From NCBI GenBank assembly GCA_024275415.1, contig JAJRZD010000045.1, positions 1-28,813 on the forward strand: a stretch of DNA of 28,813 nucleotides, in the 5' to 3' direction. The DNA comes from an archaeon. Lineage in GTDB: Archaea > Asgardarchaeota > Thorarchaeia > Thorarchaeales > Thorarchaeaceae. Below the pieces are notes generated by a model, which saw nothing but the letters and a program-made list of their open reading frames with translations, ran no database searches and was not told where the DNA came from. Of the stretch, positions 8,104 to 17,974 are shown piece after piece. Position numbers and translations under genes: made by a program. Numbering within the stretch: the stretch's first letter is position 1; each line of letters starts with the position of its first letter.

Positions 8104-9177
8104 GTGAAAAATAAAGGTAGTTATGGGATTAGGATGTCAGATAACAAAGGCCGATTCTTTATACCAATACTGTTCTTCATTGCCATTGGAGGAACAGCCG
8201 CGTTCATAATATATTACGTCACATCAGGGGCAATCTCATCAAACATCATGTTCCTGTCTCAGATGAACGCAGCGGACTTCGTCTTGATCCTTCTGGCTGC
8301 ATCGATTCCGATTCTCATCCTAGAATACAGTATCTTTGCGATCCCACTGGCAGGTGTCTTCCTGATAGTGAACCGATTCTTAAAAGCGGCATCCTATGAG
8401 ATGAACATCATGAACATCGGACGGGTGTTCCACGGAAGACACATGATCCGCAGGGCAGCAGCTCCAGCGCTGTTCTCTGTCGCATCATCAGATATGCTGA
8501 GAGGAATCATCGAAAATGCAGTATATGTATCTGCTCCGACAGGATACGAGTTTCTTCATGATGCGACCTTGTCATTGATGGCAGCCCTTCTGTTCATGCC
8601 ATTAGCGTTGCTCATATTCATGCCCACATGGGTGTTGAATGATTCAGGCATTGTCACACATCTCAAAGAGAACAAGCTTGAGATTCGCCAGTGTCCTGAC
8701 ACACAAGGTGTTGGTAGATGGGTCAGCAGCATATTCGGAGGGTACGCGTTAATCGCATTTCCGATAACCATGATCAATACACATCTCTATGAGCCATACA
8801 TTGCAGAGGGAGTTTCTCTTACTATCAGGCAGCTGCTCAATGCATCTCTTCTCATTCTCGGCCTACCGCTTTTTGTCATGGCATTCATCATGCCAGTCAT
8901 TCTTTTCAATGAGAGGTCACAACATCGTGTAAGGACGAAAATGGCAGCTCTTGCAACCCGCCTAGGTGCAACAATCATCAAGAAGGAGAAAATCGAGAAG
9001 GTGACACGGATCACCAGTGAAGGAATCCTTACGGAGGAAGGCGGAAAGGAGATCATCTCAACCGCAAAGACGATCCGAGCATCAAAGACAGAGAGAGAGG
9101 TTGTTTCTAGCAGGAAAGCAATATCAAAGAAGAAAGATGGCAAAAAGAAGGTTACAAAGAAGAAAAAGAAGACATGA
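8104..9177 (+). CDS. Hypothetical multi-pass membrane protein with Lys-rich C-terminal tail
   Basis: About six hydrophobic segments, ending SKKKDGKKKVTKKKKKT. Alternative start ATG at 8134. Confidence 0.8.
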   Translation: MKNKGSYGIRMSDNKGRFFIPILFFIAIGGTAAFIIYYVTSGAISSNIMFLSQMNAADFVLILLAASIPILILEYSIFAIPLAGVFLIVNRFLKAASYEMNIMNIGRVFHGRHMIRRAAAPALFSVASSDMLRGIIENAVYVSAPTGYEFLHDATLSLMAALLFMPLALLIFMPTWVLNDSGIVTHLKENKLEIRQCPDTQGVGRWVSSIFGGYALIAFPITMINTHLYEPYIAEGVSLTIRQLLNASLLILGLPLFVMAFIMPVILFNERSQHRVRTKMAALATRLGATIIKKEKIEKVTRITSEGILTEEGGKEIISTAKTIRASKTEREVVSSRKAISKKKDGKKKVTKKKKKT

Positions 9178-9237
9178 CTGAAAGCAGCCTTCGTTCAACA
9201 AGCTGAGGGAGCCTCTCGCTCTCTCAGTGAGAATGTA

Positions 9238-10020
9238 TCAACATTGTCGAGTCTGTTTGAGGAACCATGCCACGATAGCCTGAAACGTACATCTTCGTTG
9301 CAAGATATCATCCAGACGATGGTTGGCTCCCTCAATCAGAATGAACTCCTTTGGCTCCCTAGCAGCTTCGAATAACCTCTTCACACCTGCAACATCAATC
9401 ACCTCATCCTGATCACCAGTTGTCACGAAGAGAGGACAAGAAACGTCGCGGATGTCGTACATTGGATTATATTTCTCGGCGTCAGAAACCAACTTGTCTA
9501 GTATCAGCTTGCGAATCGCAGGATTATCAATTCCCCTGAACGATGATGCCATCTCAGCAAATACATGTTCTGGCATGAGCCTGAACCGGGAGCCCTGTGC
9601 AAAATAGAGCGTGTCATAGACAGGCGCTCTAAGACACAGCGCTTTGACCTGCCTGTTTCGTGCGGCGGTGCATACGGCAATGGCTCCGCCGAAGCTAGCA
9701 CCATATACTCCGACCCAATCCTTTACGACGAACGATGATGACAGCAGATGATCGATTGCACTACGGGCATCCATAATCTCACCTGCCAGACTGAACAATC
9801 CCTCGCTTCGTCGGAACCCCCTGAAATCAAATGTAAGCACAGCAAAACCATTCTCTGCCAATGTCCGTGCTATTCCACCTATCTGATCGGGGCCACCGGG
9901 AAGACCATGAAACTTACAGATGCCATAGAATGGCCCATCGCCATCAGGCAGGACGAAATTGCCCTGGAGAGTTTCGCCTTCTGATTCGAAGGAAGTCGGT
10001 ACAACATGAACAGGGTTCAT
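9238..10020 (-). CDS. Alpha/beta-fold hydrolase
   Basis: FHG oxyanion loop, FDFRGFRRSEG, nucleophile elbow GASFGG, catalytic Asp region TGDQDEVI and His region GANH. Confidence 0.93.
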   Translation of the reverse strand: MNPVHVVPTSFESEGETLQGNFVLPDGDGPFYGICKFHGLPGGPDQIGGIARTLAENGFAVLTFDFRGFRRSEGLFSLAGEIMDARSAIDHLLSSSFVVKDWVGVYGASFGGAIAVCTAARNRQVKALCLRAPVYDTLYFAQGSRFRLMPEHVFAEMASSFRGIDNPAIRKLILDKLVSDAEKYNPMYDIRDVSCPLFVTTGDQDEVIDVAGVKRLFEAAREPKEFILIEGANHRLDDILQRRCTFQAIVAWFLKQTRQC

Positions 10021-10070
10021 GAGAGCATATCACTCCACTGGGCTATAACCACTTTGGAAAAAAGAGTACA

Positions 10071-10091
10071 GGGACCAGAACGGCTGGTCCC
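10071..10091 (-). terminator. Stem-loop terminator downstream of metG
   Basis: GGGACCAG-AACGG-CTGGTCCC perfect 8-bp stem 10 nt after the metG stop, followed on the minus strand by TGTACTCTTTTTT. Confidence 0.6.
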
Positions 10092-10101
10092 GTTTGACCA
10101 A

Positions 10102-12144
10102 TCAAGCTGCTTTGCTTCCGGGAGGGACACCATCCAGCCAGACAGGAATCCATTTCCCTTTCTCATTAGCGTGTTCAACGGCAAGGATCATTCCATGACT
10201 CTCGATGCCACCTATCTTCTTAGGTTCGAGATTGGTCAGGAAGAGGGCGGTTTTTCCACTCAGCTCGTCGCAGGAATACATCTCTGCAAGACCTGTCACC
10301 ATAGTCCGCACTTCGGTGCCGATATCGACTTCTATCTTAAGAAGCCGGTCTTTCTTGGGCACTTTCTCGCACGAAACAATCTTCCCTGCTCTCAAATCCA
10401 GTCTTTTGAACTCCTCAAATGTGATGTTTTCTTTTGACACAGTTGGTTCACCTCTATCACTCACTTCAGCTGCTCGTATCCGAGCGTCGATGTTTGCCTT
10501 GAGCTCGTTCAGAAGGTCATCATCTATCTTTGAGATTACGGGTCTGGGATCTCTTATCTCAGTTCCGATTGCGGGCAACGTTAGCATGTCATCGAGGACG
10601 GTGTTGTGGATGTCGGACCCTTCATATCCGAGTTGGTGCCAAATAGCCTCGGCAATGTTCGGCATGATAGGATCCATAAGAATCGCAAGTGCCCTTGACA
10701 ATACGATTGCATTGAAGAGAACATTTCCGGCAGCAGCCTTGTCCTCTTTCACGAGGATCCATGGTGCCTTGCTCTGGAAATATTCGTTCCCCACAGAGGC
10801 AAGCCGTAAAACCTCATCACACACCTTCTTCAGCTCATACTCGTTTGCAGCATCAATGACCGTTTCAATTGATCTCTTGATTTCCGTTTCCAATTGTGGA
10901 TCAATCGTACCCTCTGGGACGACCCCGAAATGCTTCTTCGTGAAATGCAGTGCGCGGTAGATGAAGTTCCCAAAGGTTCCGACCAGCTCGATGTTCACTT
11001 TGTCGGCAAAGGCATCAAACGCGAAGTCGAGGTCTCTGGTATGACCGGTAAAGGACACCATGTAGTATCTGAGATAGTCGGGGTTCAATCCTTTGTCCAG
11101 ATAGTCATCATGGATCCAGACAACATAACCTCTGCTCCGACTGAAATTATGATTGCGGATCTTTACCATGCCTGACGCGACGATGGCTGCTGGGAGGTTG
11201 TAGCCACTTCCCTTTAGCATCGCCGGCCAAAAGATGCAGTGGTGGTAAACGATGTCCTGCCCGATGAAATGCACAAGCTTCCCATTCCCAGGCTTCCAGA
11301 ACTTTTCCCATTCATTGGGCTTTCCAATCTTCTTGGCCCATTGCTCGGTGCTGGACATGTAATGGATTGGAGCATCGACCCAGACGTAGATTGTCAGCGT
11401 CGGGTCGTCGGGATACTTGATTCCCCAATCGAGGTCTCTTGTAATGTTCCAGTCACGGAGACCTTCGTTGACCCAGCCCATGGCATAGTTCTTTGCATTC
11501 TTTGTCCCATCAACCTTAGTAAGGAAGTCCCTCAGAAAGTCCTCAAAGGCAGTGAGCTTGAAATAATAGTGCTCCTTTGTTATCAGGCGAGTCGGGGAAC
11601 CGCAGATGGCACATCGGGGGTTAAGAACCTCTCCAGGTTCAAGGTATCTGCCACACCCTTGATCGCATTCGTCACCTCGTGCGTCTGCATGACAGTAAGG
11701 ACACTCGCCTCTGACATATCTGTCAGGCAACGAGCGCTTACAGTGGTCGCAGTATGGCGTTTCGAGCTGCTTCGGATAGATGTATCCGTTCTTCTTCAAC
11801 TCACCAACGATCTGCAGGGTACGTTCGACATTCTCAGGGTCGTCCGTAGTTCCATAGTTGTCAAAGACGATACCTAGCTTGGGAAAGGTCTCGAGATAGT
11901 GTCTATGGTACTTCGAGTAGAGTTCCTTTGGGGGCACTCCAGCAGCCTCGGCGGATGTCAGAACAGGTGTGCCATGAGTGTCCGACCCACACACAAAAGT
12001 GACATCCACTCGCATTTTGCGTAGGAGCCTGACGAACACATCGGCTGGAACGTATGTACGAAGATGACCGATGTGCATCTCCCCTGAGGCATAGGGTAGT
12101 CCGCATGTTACAAGCACTGGATCATTAGTTGGGTAGTTCCTCAG
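10102..12144 (-). CDS. metG: Methionyl-tRNA synthetase with C-terminal tRNA-binding domain
   Basis: VLVTCGLPYASGEMHIGH (HIGH), four CxxC-type Zn knuckle motifs, YVWVDAPIHY, KMSKS-equivalent NFSRS, and a C-terminal LDLRAGKI...LEPKKIGGIESHGM OB-fold. The frame is open upstream of GTG 12117 to CTG 12144 (LRNYPTNDPVLVTCG) with AGGAG 11 nt upstream. Confidence 0.97.
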   Translation of the reverse strand: MRNYPTNDPVLVTCGLPYASGEMHIGHLRTYVPADVFVRLLRKMRVDVTFVCGSDTHGTPVLTSAEAAGVPPKELYSKYHRHYLETFPKLGIVFDNYGTTDDPENVERTLQIVGELKKNGYIYPKQLETPYCDHCKRSLPDRYVRGECPYCHADARGDECDQGCGRYLEPGEVLNPRCAICGSPTRLITKEHYYFKLTAFEDFLRDFLTKVDGTKNAKNYAMGWVNEGLRDWNITRDLDWGIKYPDDPTLTIYVWVDAPIHYMSSTEQWAKKIGKPNEWEKFWKPGNGKLVHFIGQDIVYHHCIFWPAMLKGSGYNLPAAIVASGMVKIRNHNFSRSRGYVVWIHDDYLDKGLNPDYLRYYMVSFTGHTRDLDFAFDAFADKVNIELVGTFGNFIYRALHFTKKHFGVVPEGTIDPQLETEIKRSIETVIDAANEYELKKVCDEVLRLASVGNEYFQSKAPWILVKEDKAAAGNVLFNAIVLSRALAILMDPIMPNIAEAIWHQLGYEGSDIHNTVLDDMLTLPAIGTEIRDPRPVISKIDDDLLNELKANIDARIRAAEVSDRGEPTVSKENITFEEFKRLDLRAGKIVSCEKVPKKDRLLKIEVDIGTEVRTMVTGLAEMYSCDELSGKTALFLTNLEPKKIGGIESHGMILAVEHANEKGKWIPVWLDGVPPGSKAA

Positions 12145-12541
12145 TTTTTGTCACACTCCTATCAAACCTGAACGGGACTGGCTGTCGTGTTTGCTATGAA
12201 AAAGGGGTAGAATAAGAAAACAGAGGTATAGATTTCTCTGTCGATGCTGTTCAACATTAGCTACTTGAATCGATATTATATCTCTTTCATTTGTGAAGTC
12301 TATTATCCCGCCTTAGAATGATGGTTCAGGAGAGCGCGGCTTACGATATAACTGTAACGCTTGATTGAGGTTGTGTTGTTCTTGCAGAAGGAAAGCTGAG
12401 TCATTGGATTTCATGAATGACCTCGAACTTCAAGATATATCTTCAAGATTCAAAGTATCGGGAAGCAATACATCATTCCTAGATCGGGACAGTGCTGTGG
12501 CTTGTCATTAACCTTTTATTTTTTCAAACGTCACTGGATAG

Positions 12542-15511
12542 TTGGAGGAGAACATTATTTCGACATCTACTAGAAGAAGATATAGTGTCATTTTAGCGGG
12601 CATACTGCTAATAGCAATACTTGGAAACATGACAATAATTGGACAATCAGTCCCAAAGACTGTACATCACACCCAGTTCAAGAAAGGTACAATGTCCAAT
12701 AATCCAACGGAGTATGGCAGTCATGTTGGTCCGTTTGTGAATAAAGTGATTTTCAGAACCTACGACAATGAATCACATCTTATAGATGGGTTACTGAACA
12801 ATGAGGTTGATGCGCTCCTTGAAACCAATATCAACAGGACCTTGGTAGATAGACAAACATCGGTCGATGTATCTAACCAATCCAGAAATGGTTATGCATC
12901 AGTAACAATCAACAGCGAGAAATACCCTTTTAATATCACTGCGTTTCGAAGAGCTACTGCATTTGCGATTGATAAACAGAACATGGCAGATCGCCATATC
13001 GATGGTTATGGGATTCCACACGATTCAATGGTTGCGCCGGAGAATCCTTTCACTACAGAGGGGCTACTCTCCTTCAGATACTATAATGCCAATGTGTCAT
13101 TTGGAAATCAGCTATTGGATGATGCAGGCTTCATGATCAATGCTACAAGTGGTTACCGACTAACCCCCAATGGGTCTGCTTTTAGTGTTAGCGTAGAGTA
13201 CACAAGTGGGTCTCTTGTCGGTCAAGGGATCGCAGAGAATATTACAACCGCACTGCATTCGTTATCCATTGATGCCATAGCAGTTTCTTCTGCCTTTGTC
13301 GATATTGTCACCAAAATCTATGCCCATCAGGATTATGACATGATAATTATCGGACGGACTCATGCAGAATATCGGGTCAATTGGTTGGCGGATGAATTTT
13401 GGTCGCAGAATACAAATGTTTATGGAAAAAACATTGCTAACTTTAGAAACGCCACATTTGATTCTTGGAGGGATCAGCTTGTCAACGGATCAACCTACAC
13501 GGATGTGTACAATGCAGCTGTCGAGATGCAAAAGATTCTTGCCTATGAGTGCCCAATCATCCCACTCTATGTTACATACTACCCATTTGCTCATCGGACA
13601 GATACGTTCCAGGATTTCTCGATAACTGCGTTATCAGAAGTTTATCCGTGGTGGAATAACTACAGAGTCCGTCTACAAGACACTTCAGGTGGTTCGTTAG
13701 GTGGAACTCTTAGGTGGGGTACCCTAACGAATATCACTACGTTCAATATCATGAAAGCAAACCCCGATGAAAGACAAGTGCTTCGCTCTCTCTATGATAG
13801 CTTGCTGTGGCATGAACCAGGCCAGAACCTCGTGCCTTGGCTTGCCTCGTCCTATCTGACAGAAAATAACTCTACGCATCGCATACTCACATTCGATCTG
13901 GTTCAGAATGCTACTTGGAGTGATGGTGTGCCCTTGACAGCTGAGGACGTGGCATTCTCTCTCGAGTTCTATAAGAACGGGAGTGGCAACCCATATGGTG
14001 TTGGCCTGGATGACATGAGTTCTGTCGAGGTTCTTTCTACCTATCAGGTTCGGGTGACATTCAGCACGACATCGTATTGGAATCTTTATGATGTGGCAAT
14101 CGTGCCTATCATCCCAAAGCACTACTTCGAAGTAGTCGGAGCCAACAATTGGAACACTTGGGATGTGGATCCGAGGACTGAGAACATGGTGACATCAGGT
14201 CCTTTCAACGTCACAGGCTGGGTACCAGGCGAGTATGTCGAATTCTCGTACAACCCAGACTACTTCCGTCATGTTGAGCAGGTCTTCGTACCAGATGAAG
14301 CTAACTTCACTTACGAATTCGGAGAAACAGGAAATGTGATCCAGTGGACTCCACTCGTTACAAGTCCTGACTCGTATATCATCTACAAGGATGGACTGTC
14401 TGTGGAGTCTGAGCCTTGGGATGGCTCGCCAATTCAAATCTCAGTCGATGGGCTTGCTGAAGGCTCGTACAACTACACTCTGATTGTGTTCAACATATAT
14501 TCTCAGAACTCGAGTGATACCGTCTGGGTGACTGTGGGACCAGACCAGACAGCCCCAACCATTGATTCGCCGACTGATGTTTTCTACGAGGTGGAAAACA
14601 CAGGGAACGTGATTACGTGGCATCCTGATGATTTCAATCCTATATCATATCAAATCATTAGAGATGGTACGAGTATACAAACGGGAAATTGGAATTCAAG
14701 CTCGGAGGTGATTAGTATAAACGTCGATGGACTCGCTCTTGGAACCTACAATTACACGCTGAGAGTGGATGATATCGCTGGGAATTGGGCAAACGATACA
14801 GTGTTTGTCTTCGTCACTGATAAGACATCACCGACCATTGACGCGCCTGCTGACAGCACCCTCAGCGAAGGTGATATTGGCTCCATTACATGGAACCCTA
14901 ATGACTTGAACCCTGACACCTACGAGATATTCCTTGACAACATCACAATTAGAACGGGTGATTGGAACTCGACTTCAGAAACCATCACTGTTGATATCGT
15001 AGGACTTTCTCTCGGAATTCATAATTACACACTGAGGGTGGAGGATACCAGTGGGAATTGGGCTCGTGATACCGTCATTGTGACAGTTGTTGATCATACC
15101 AATCCCACTATCAATAACATAGATGACCTCACATTAGTTGAAGGCCTCACCGATGTGTTTCTCCGATGGTCACCTAGTGATGCACATCCTGAAAGCTATG
15201 TGGTGTATCGTAACGGAGCGGTCGTGAAGGTTGGGATCTGGAATACTACATCTGAAACGATCTCAATTCATTTAGATGGACTTTCGGTAGGAGAATACAA
15301 CTTCACCATAGTCGTCACGGATATTGGAGGGAATGTGGCCAGTGACACAGTAATTGTTTCAGTGACTACACCGACCACACCTACTACACCAACCACACTT
15401 ACTACACCCAGTCCTGTAAATCAGGATGGCGTGTTAGTGATGGTCTTAATCGTAGCGATAGGCAGTGTCATTATGGTAATTGTATATGTGATAGCACGAA
15501 GGATTCGCTAA
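12542..15511 (+). CDS. ABC transporter family-5 (oligo/dipeptide-type) solute-binding protein, circularly permuted, with four Ig-like repeats and a C-terminal membrane anchor
   Basis: N-terminal signal or TM segment; FRRATAFAIDK and CPIIPLY precede GGTLRW, WSDGVPLTAEDV and TSGPF...NPDYF; then 4 repeats, a Thr/Pro linker, a TM helix and RRIR. TTG start. Confidence 0.9.
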   Translation: MEENIISTSTRRRYSVILAGILLIAILGNMTIIGQSVPKTVHHTQFKKGTMSNNPTEYGSHVGPFVNKVIFRTYDNESHLIDGLLNNEVDALLETNINRTLVDRQTSVDVSNQSRNGYASVTINSEKYPFNITAFRRATAFAIDKQNMADRHIDGYGIPHDSMVAPENPFTTEGLLSFRYYNANVSFGNQLLDDAGFMINATSGYRLTPNGSAFSVSVEYTSGSLVGQGIAENITTALHSLSIDAIAVSSAFVDIVTKIYAHQDYDMIIIGRTHAEYRVNWLADEFWSQNTNVYGKNIANFRNATFDSWRDQLVNGSTYTDVYNAAVEMQKILAYECPIIPLYVTYYPFAHRTDTFQDFSITALSEVYPWWNNYRVRLQDTSGGSLGGTLRWGTLTNITTFNIMKANPDERQVLRSLYDSLLWHEPGQNLVPWLASSYLTENNSTHRILTFDLVQNATWSDGVPLTAEDVAFSLEFYKNGSGNPYGVGLDDMSSVEVLSTYQVRVTFSTTSYWNLYDVAIVPIIPKHYFEVVGANNWNTWDVDPRTENMVTSGPFNVTGWVPGEYVEFSYNPDYFRHVEQVFVPDEANFTYEFGETGNVIQWTPLVTSPDSYIIYKDGLSVESEPWDGSPIQISVDGLAEGSYNYTLIVFNIYSQNSSDTVWVTVGPDQTAPTIDSPTDVFYEVENTGNVITWHPDDFNPISYQIIRDGTSIQTGNWNSSSEVISINVDGLALGTYNYTLRVDDIAGNWANDTVFVFVTDKTSPTIDAPADSTLSEGDIGSITWNPNDLNPDTYEIFLDNITIRTGDWNSTSETITVDIVGLSLGIHNYTLRVEDTSGNWARDTVIVTVVDHTNPTINNIDDLTLVEGLTDVFLRWSPSDAHPESYVVYRNGAVVKVGIWNTTSETISIHLDGLSVGEYNFTIVVTDIGGNVASDTVIVSVTTPTTPTTPTTLTTPSPVNQDGVLVMVLIVAIGSVIMVIVYVIARRIR
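14291..15367 (+). repeat. Four ~90-aa Ig-like coding repeats
   Basis: Units starting near 14291, 14555, 14831 and 15104 share PTI..P.D.......I.W.P.D..P.SY.I..DG.....G.WN...E.I.I.VDGL..G.YNYTL.V.D..GN.A.DTV.V.V. Confidence 0.9.
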
Positions 15512-15532
15512 TACCTTGCGGCATCACCTTTC

Positions 15533-15559
15533 AAGGGAGCACTTGCTCCCTTCTTTTTT
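15533..15559 (+). terminator. Intrinsic terminator after the solute-binding protein gene
   Basis: AAGGGAGC-ACTT-GCTCCCTT perfect 8-bp stem followed by CTTTTTT, 21 nt after the stop. Confidence 0.7.
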
Positions 15560-15713
15560 CCATAATTAAGTCAGAGGATTGACTGGTTCCAAAGGATTTT
15601 ATGAAATCACCCCTCGTAGATGGAGTCCTACAATTGTACAGACTAACGTTTAGTACAAGATAGTGTTATAATAATCCGACTCATCTAATTCTCTTTGCTT
15701 GAGGTGGTAGCCA

Positions 15714-17036
15714 TTGGAAAACAAAGACCGCATCTCCTTATTGGGAGTGATTGGGATTGCTCTTACAACTGTGGTCGGGTCAGGTATCTGGAAGGATTCG
15801 CTTCTATGGTCGAACTCCGCAGGCATTTTCAGTCTTGTAGCACTTCTGGTAGGATGGGCACTCATGTTTACCGTTGGACTATCCTACGCAGAGTGTGTGA
15901 GTATGTTCCCCCAAGGAGGAGGGCCTTACAGTTATGTGGGAGGAGTCTTTGGAAAGAAGGTCGGTTCGACCGTGGGGATCATCTACTTGATGGCATATTG
16001 GTGTGTAATTTCCATCCTGAGTGTCATATCATCTCTCTTCACACTTGCAGCTCTATCAGCCCCCACCTTCGAGATGCTGGTAATACCGAATATTGCAGTT
16101 CTGACACTTGTCTATATAGTGACCTTTGCGTTACTTGCAAGAGTGACTCCAGGAAAGAAATTTGGAAACATGTCCTTTGTTTGGGCGATTCTCAAGATTG
16201 CCTTGCTGCTTGGTGTCACACTCCTCGTTCTGAGGAACTGGTCGCCAACAACATCTTTTGCTCTTCCTACCTTCGACGGGTTCCAGCTTGCACTGAACTC
16301 AAGCTTGTGGGCACTATTCGGGTTCGAAACCATACTTGTTTTTGCAGGTGAAACCTTCGATTCCGAGTATACAGCTCCAAGGGGCATCTTGATTACATTG
16401 TCTATAGTTTTGATCGTGTATCTGGTCGTAGGTGCAAGCACAGCAGGTGTCATAGGAATTGGCGATATTCCTGCTGATACTGGGAGTATAGGTTTGATAA
16501 TGATCCTGTCATCTTTTGCGGGACTATCTCCTAACCTAGTGTTCAGCTTTGCGGCATTCTCGGCCGTAGGGACAGGTTACGCGGCAATGGTTGTAGCGAT
16601 TAAGCAGGTCGAGATTCTTGCGAACGATGATGTCCTGCCCAAGAGTTTCTCGGAGTGCCCAGACTCTAACATGAGAGCAACAATCCTTAATGTGCTCGTT
16701 ATTGGAATTATTTCTCTCATAATGTCCCTTCTCTTAGAGGTCGAAAATGGACTCGTCGTAGATGTTGTTGTTGCGGTGGGAATTGGGTTCATTCTACTAT
16801 CAGCCATGTTCCCTGCCGGTGGCATCGCCCTGTATCTCCGTTTCAAAATGCCCGCACTGGTCAGACCATTCAGGACTCCTGCGTATTTCATAGTTTTTCC
16901 GCTTGCTATATCACTAAGCCTCTATCTGTTCGTCCTGAGTTTCTGGAATGTTGTTTTTGGAGGCCCCGCTATGGTTCTGTTTCTGATATCAATCCTAGCT
17001 GCCTGTGTCTATGTGAAGGTTTTCAATCGACAGTGA
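15714..17036 (+). CDS. APC-family amino acid permease
   Basis: TTVVGSGIW (TM1), YAECVSMFPQGGGPYSYV, ALFGFETI (TM6) and RPFRTP; about 12 TM segments. Confidence 0.92.
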   Translation: MENKDRISLLGVIGIALTTVVGSGIWKDSLLWSNSAGIFSLVALLVGWALMFTVGLSYAECVSMFPQGGGPYSYVGGVFGKKVGSTVGIIYLMAYWCVISILSVISSLFTLAALSAPTFEMLVIPNIAVLTLVYIVTFALLARVTPGKKFGNMSFVWAILKIALLLGVTLLVLRNWSPTTSFALPTFDGFQLALNSSLWALFGFETILVFAGETFDSEYTAPRGILITLSIVLIVYLVVGASTAGVIGIGDIPADTGSIGLIMILSSFAGLSPNLVFSFAAFSAVGTGYAAMVVAIKQVEILANDDVLPKSFSECPDSNMRATILNVLVIGIISLIMSLLLEVENGLVVDVVVAVGIGFILLSAMFPAGGIALYLRFKMPALVRPFRTPAYFIVFPLAISLSLYLFVLSFWNVVFGGPAMVLFLISILAACVYVKVFNRQ

Positions 17037-17261
17037 GAGATAACTTCCTCATGGATTGCGTGACAGCGAACCACGCTTTTCTCGCAACATGCAGTGAAAC
17101 CTTTTGATCAAGGCATACACAATTCAGCACACCTCATCAAAGGGATGGCTGATAAAGCAAGTGCCTTAGTCCATCAAACAGTCTTATAGTTAAGACTCTC
17201 GAACGTCCTGTGTTAATTAGAATACATAACGTTTTTCACACCGTTTAACTGTTAAGCCCAC

Positions 17262-17924
17262 ATGGTGAAGCTTCGCATCAGGTGCGTATGTTCAGAAATG
17301 TTTGAAACTGATGTTAGCGAGGCGAGATTCAAAGAGGTCTTTAAGACTACGAACATCGCTCCACTTGTACTCCCCCATAATGACCACTTTGTCACAGCGT
17401 ATGTAGACAAGGATTTTGATGTGAGGGATGTATAACGGGTCATTCTAGTTGAAGATGATCAAGCACCTGTCGTCATCTCGAATGGGATTGAATCGGGCGA
17501 GGTCGAATCGATTATCCACGAGATTCTGAGAGAAACAGATCCCAGCAAGGACTATGACCAATTCGTCACCGAGCTGCTCTCCAAAGTCAAATCACCTGAA
17601 GTATTCTTTGTTGTAGGTGAGCAAATAGGAAAAAAGATGTGGTTGGACTGGAGAGGGCCAATACTTCAAATGGGGGCAAAATACGTCACTTCTTTGAATC
17701 TCATCATCAAGAGTGAACTAAAGCCTATCCTAGAAAAGAGTGGTAAGACTAGACTGGTAAAGGACACTGGGATTGAAGTGACCGAATGCGTCGCTCCCCA
17801 GTTTGTTGTCGGCATTGCTCAAGGTGTATTGAATGCAGTGTCCGAGGTCACTGAAGAAAAGCTGACAGTGAAGTTCGCATATCAAATCCAAGGCAATTCA
17901 GTCACCCTTTCAGTCATTGCCTGA
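17262..17924 (+). pseudogene. Hypothetical 220-codon protein (N-terminal CxC...HNDHFVTAYVD domain, C-terminal V4R-like region) interrupted by one in-frame TAA
   Basis: ATG 17262 MVKLRIRCVCSEMF...HNDHFVTAYVDKDFDVRDV*RVILVEDD..., with TAA at 17433-17435. The frame continues into the listed ORF 17637-17924. Confidence 0.75.
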
Positions 17925-17974
17925 GTCAGGGATTGACAAGAAATATTCCGACAACGGGCTTCGTTCCTCGTAGC

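Noticed and set aside
10006-11877. Long plus-strand ORFs antisense to metG, and similar shadow ORFs opposite lig, the kinases and the permease
   Set aside because: They mirror well-supported genes on the other strand and carry no motifs of their own.
1511-12144. Functional link between the GNAT toxin (some acetylate Met-tRNA) and metG
   Set aside because: The genes are 8 kb apart with unrelated genes between, and substrate specificity cannot be read from the sequence.
12428-12449. Tandem CTTCAAGAT x2 between metG and the SBP gene
   Set aside because: Only two 9-bp copies in AT-rich intergenic DNA; it could be an operator but is not distinguishable from chance.
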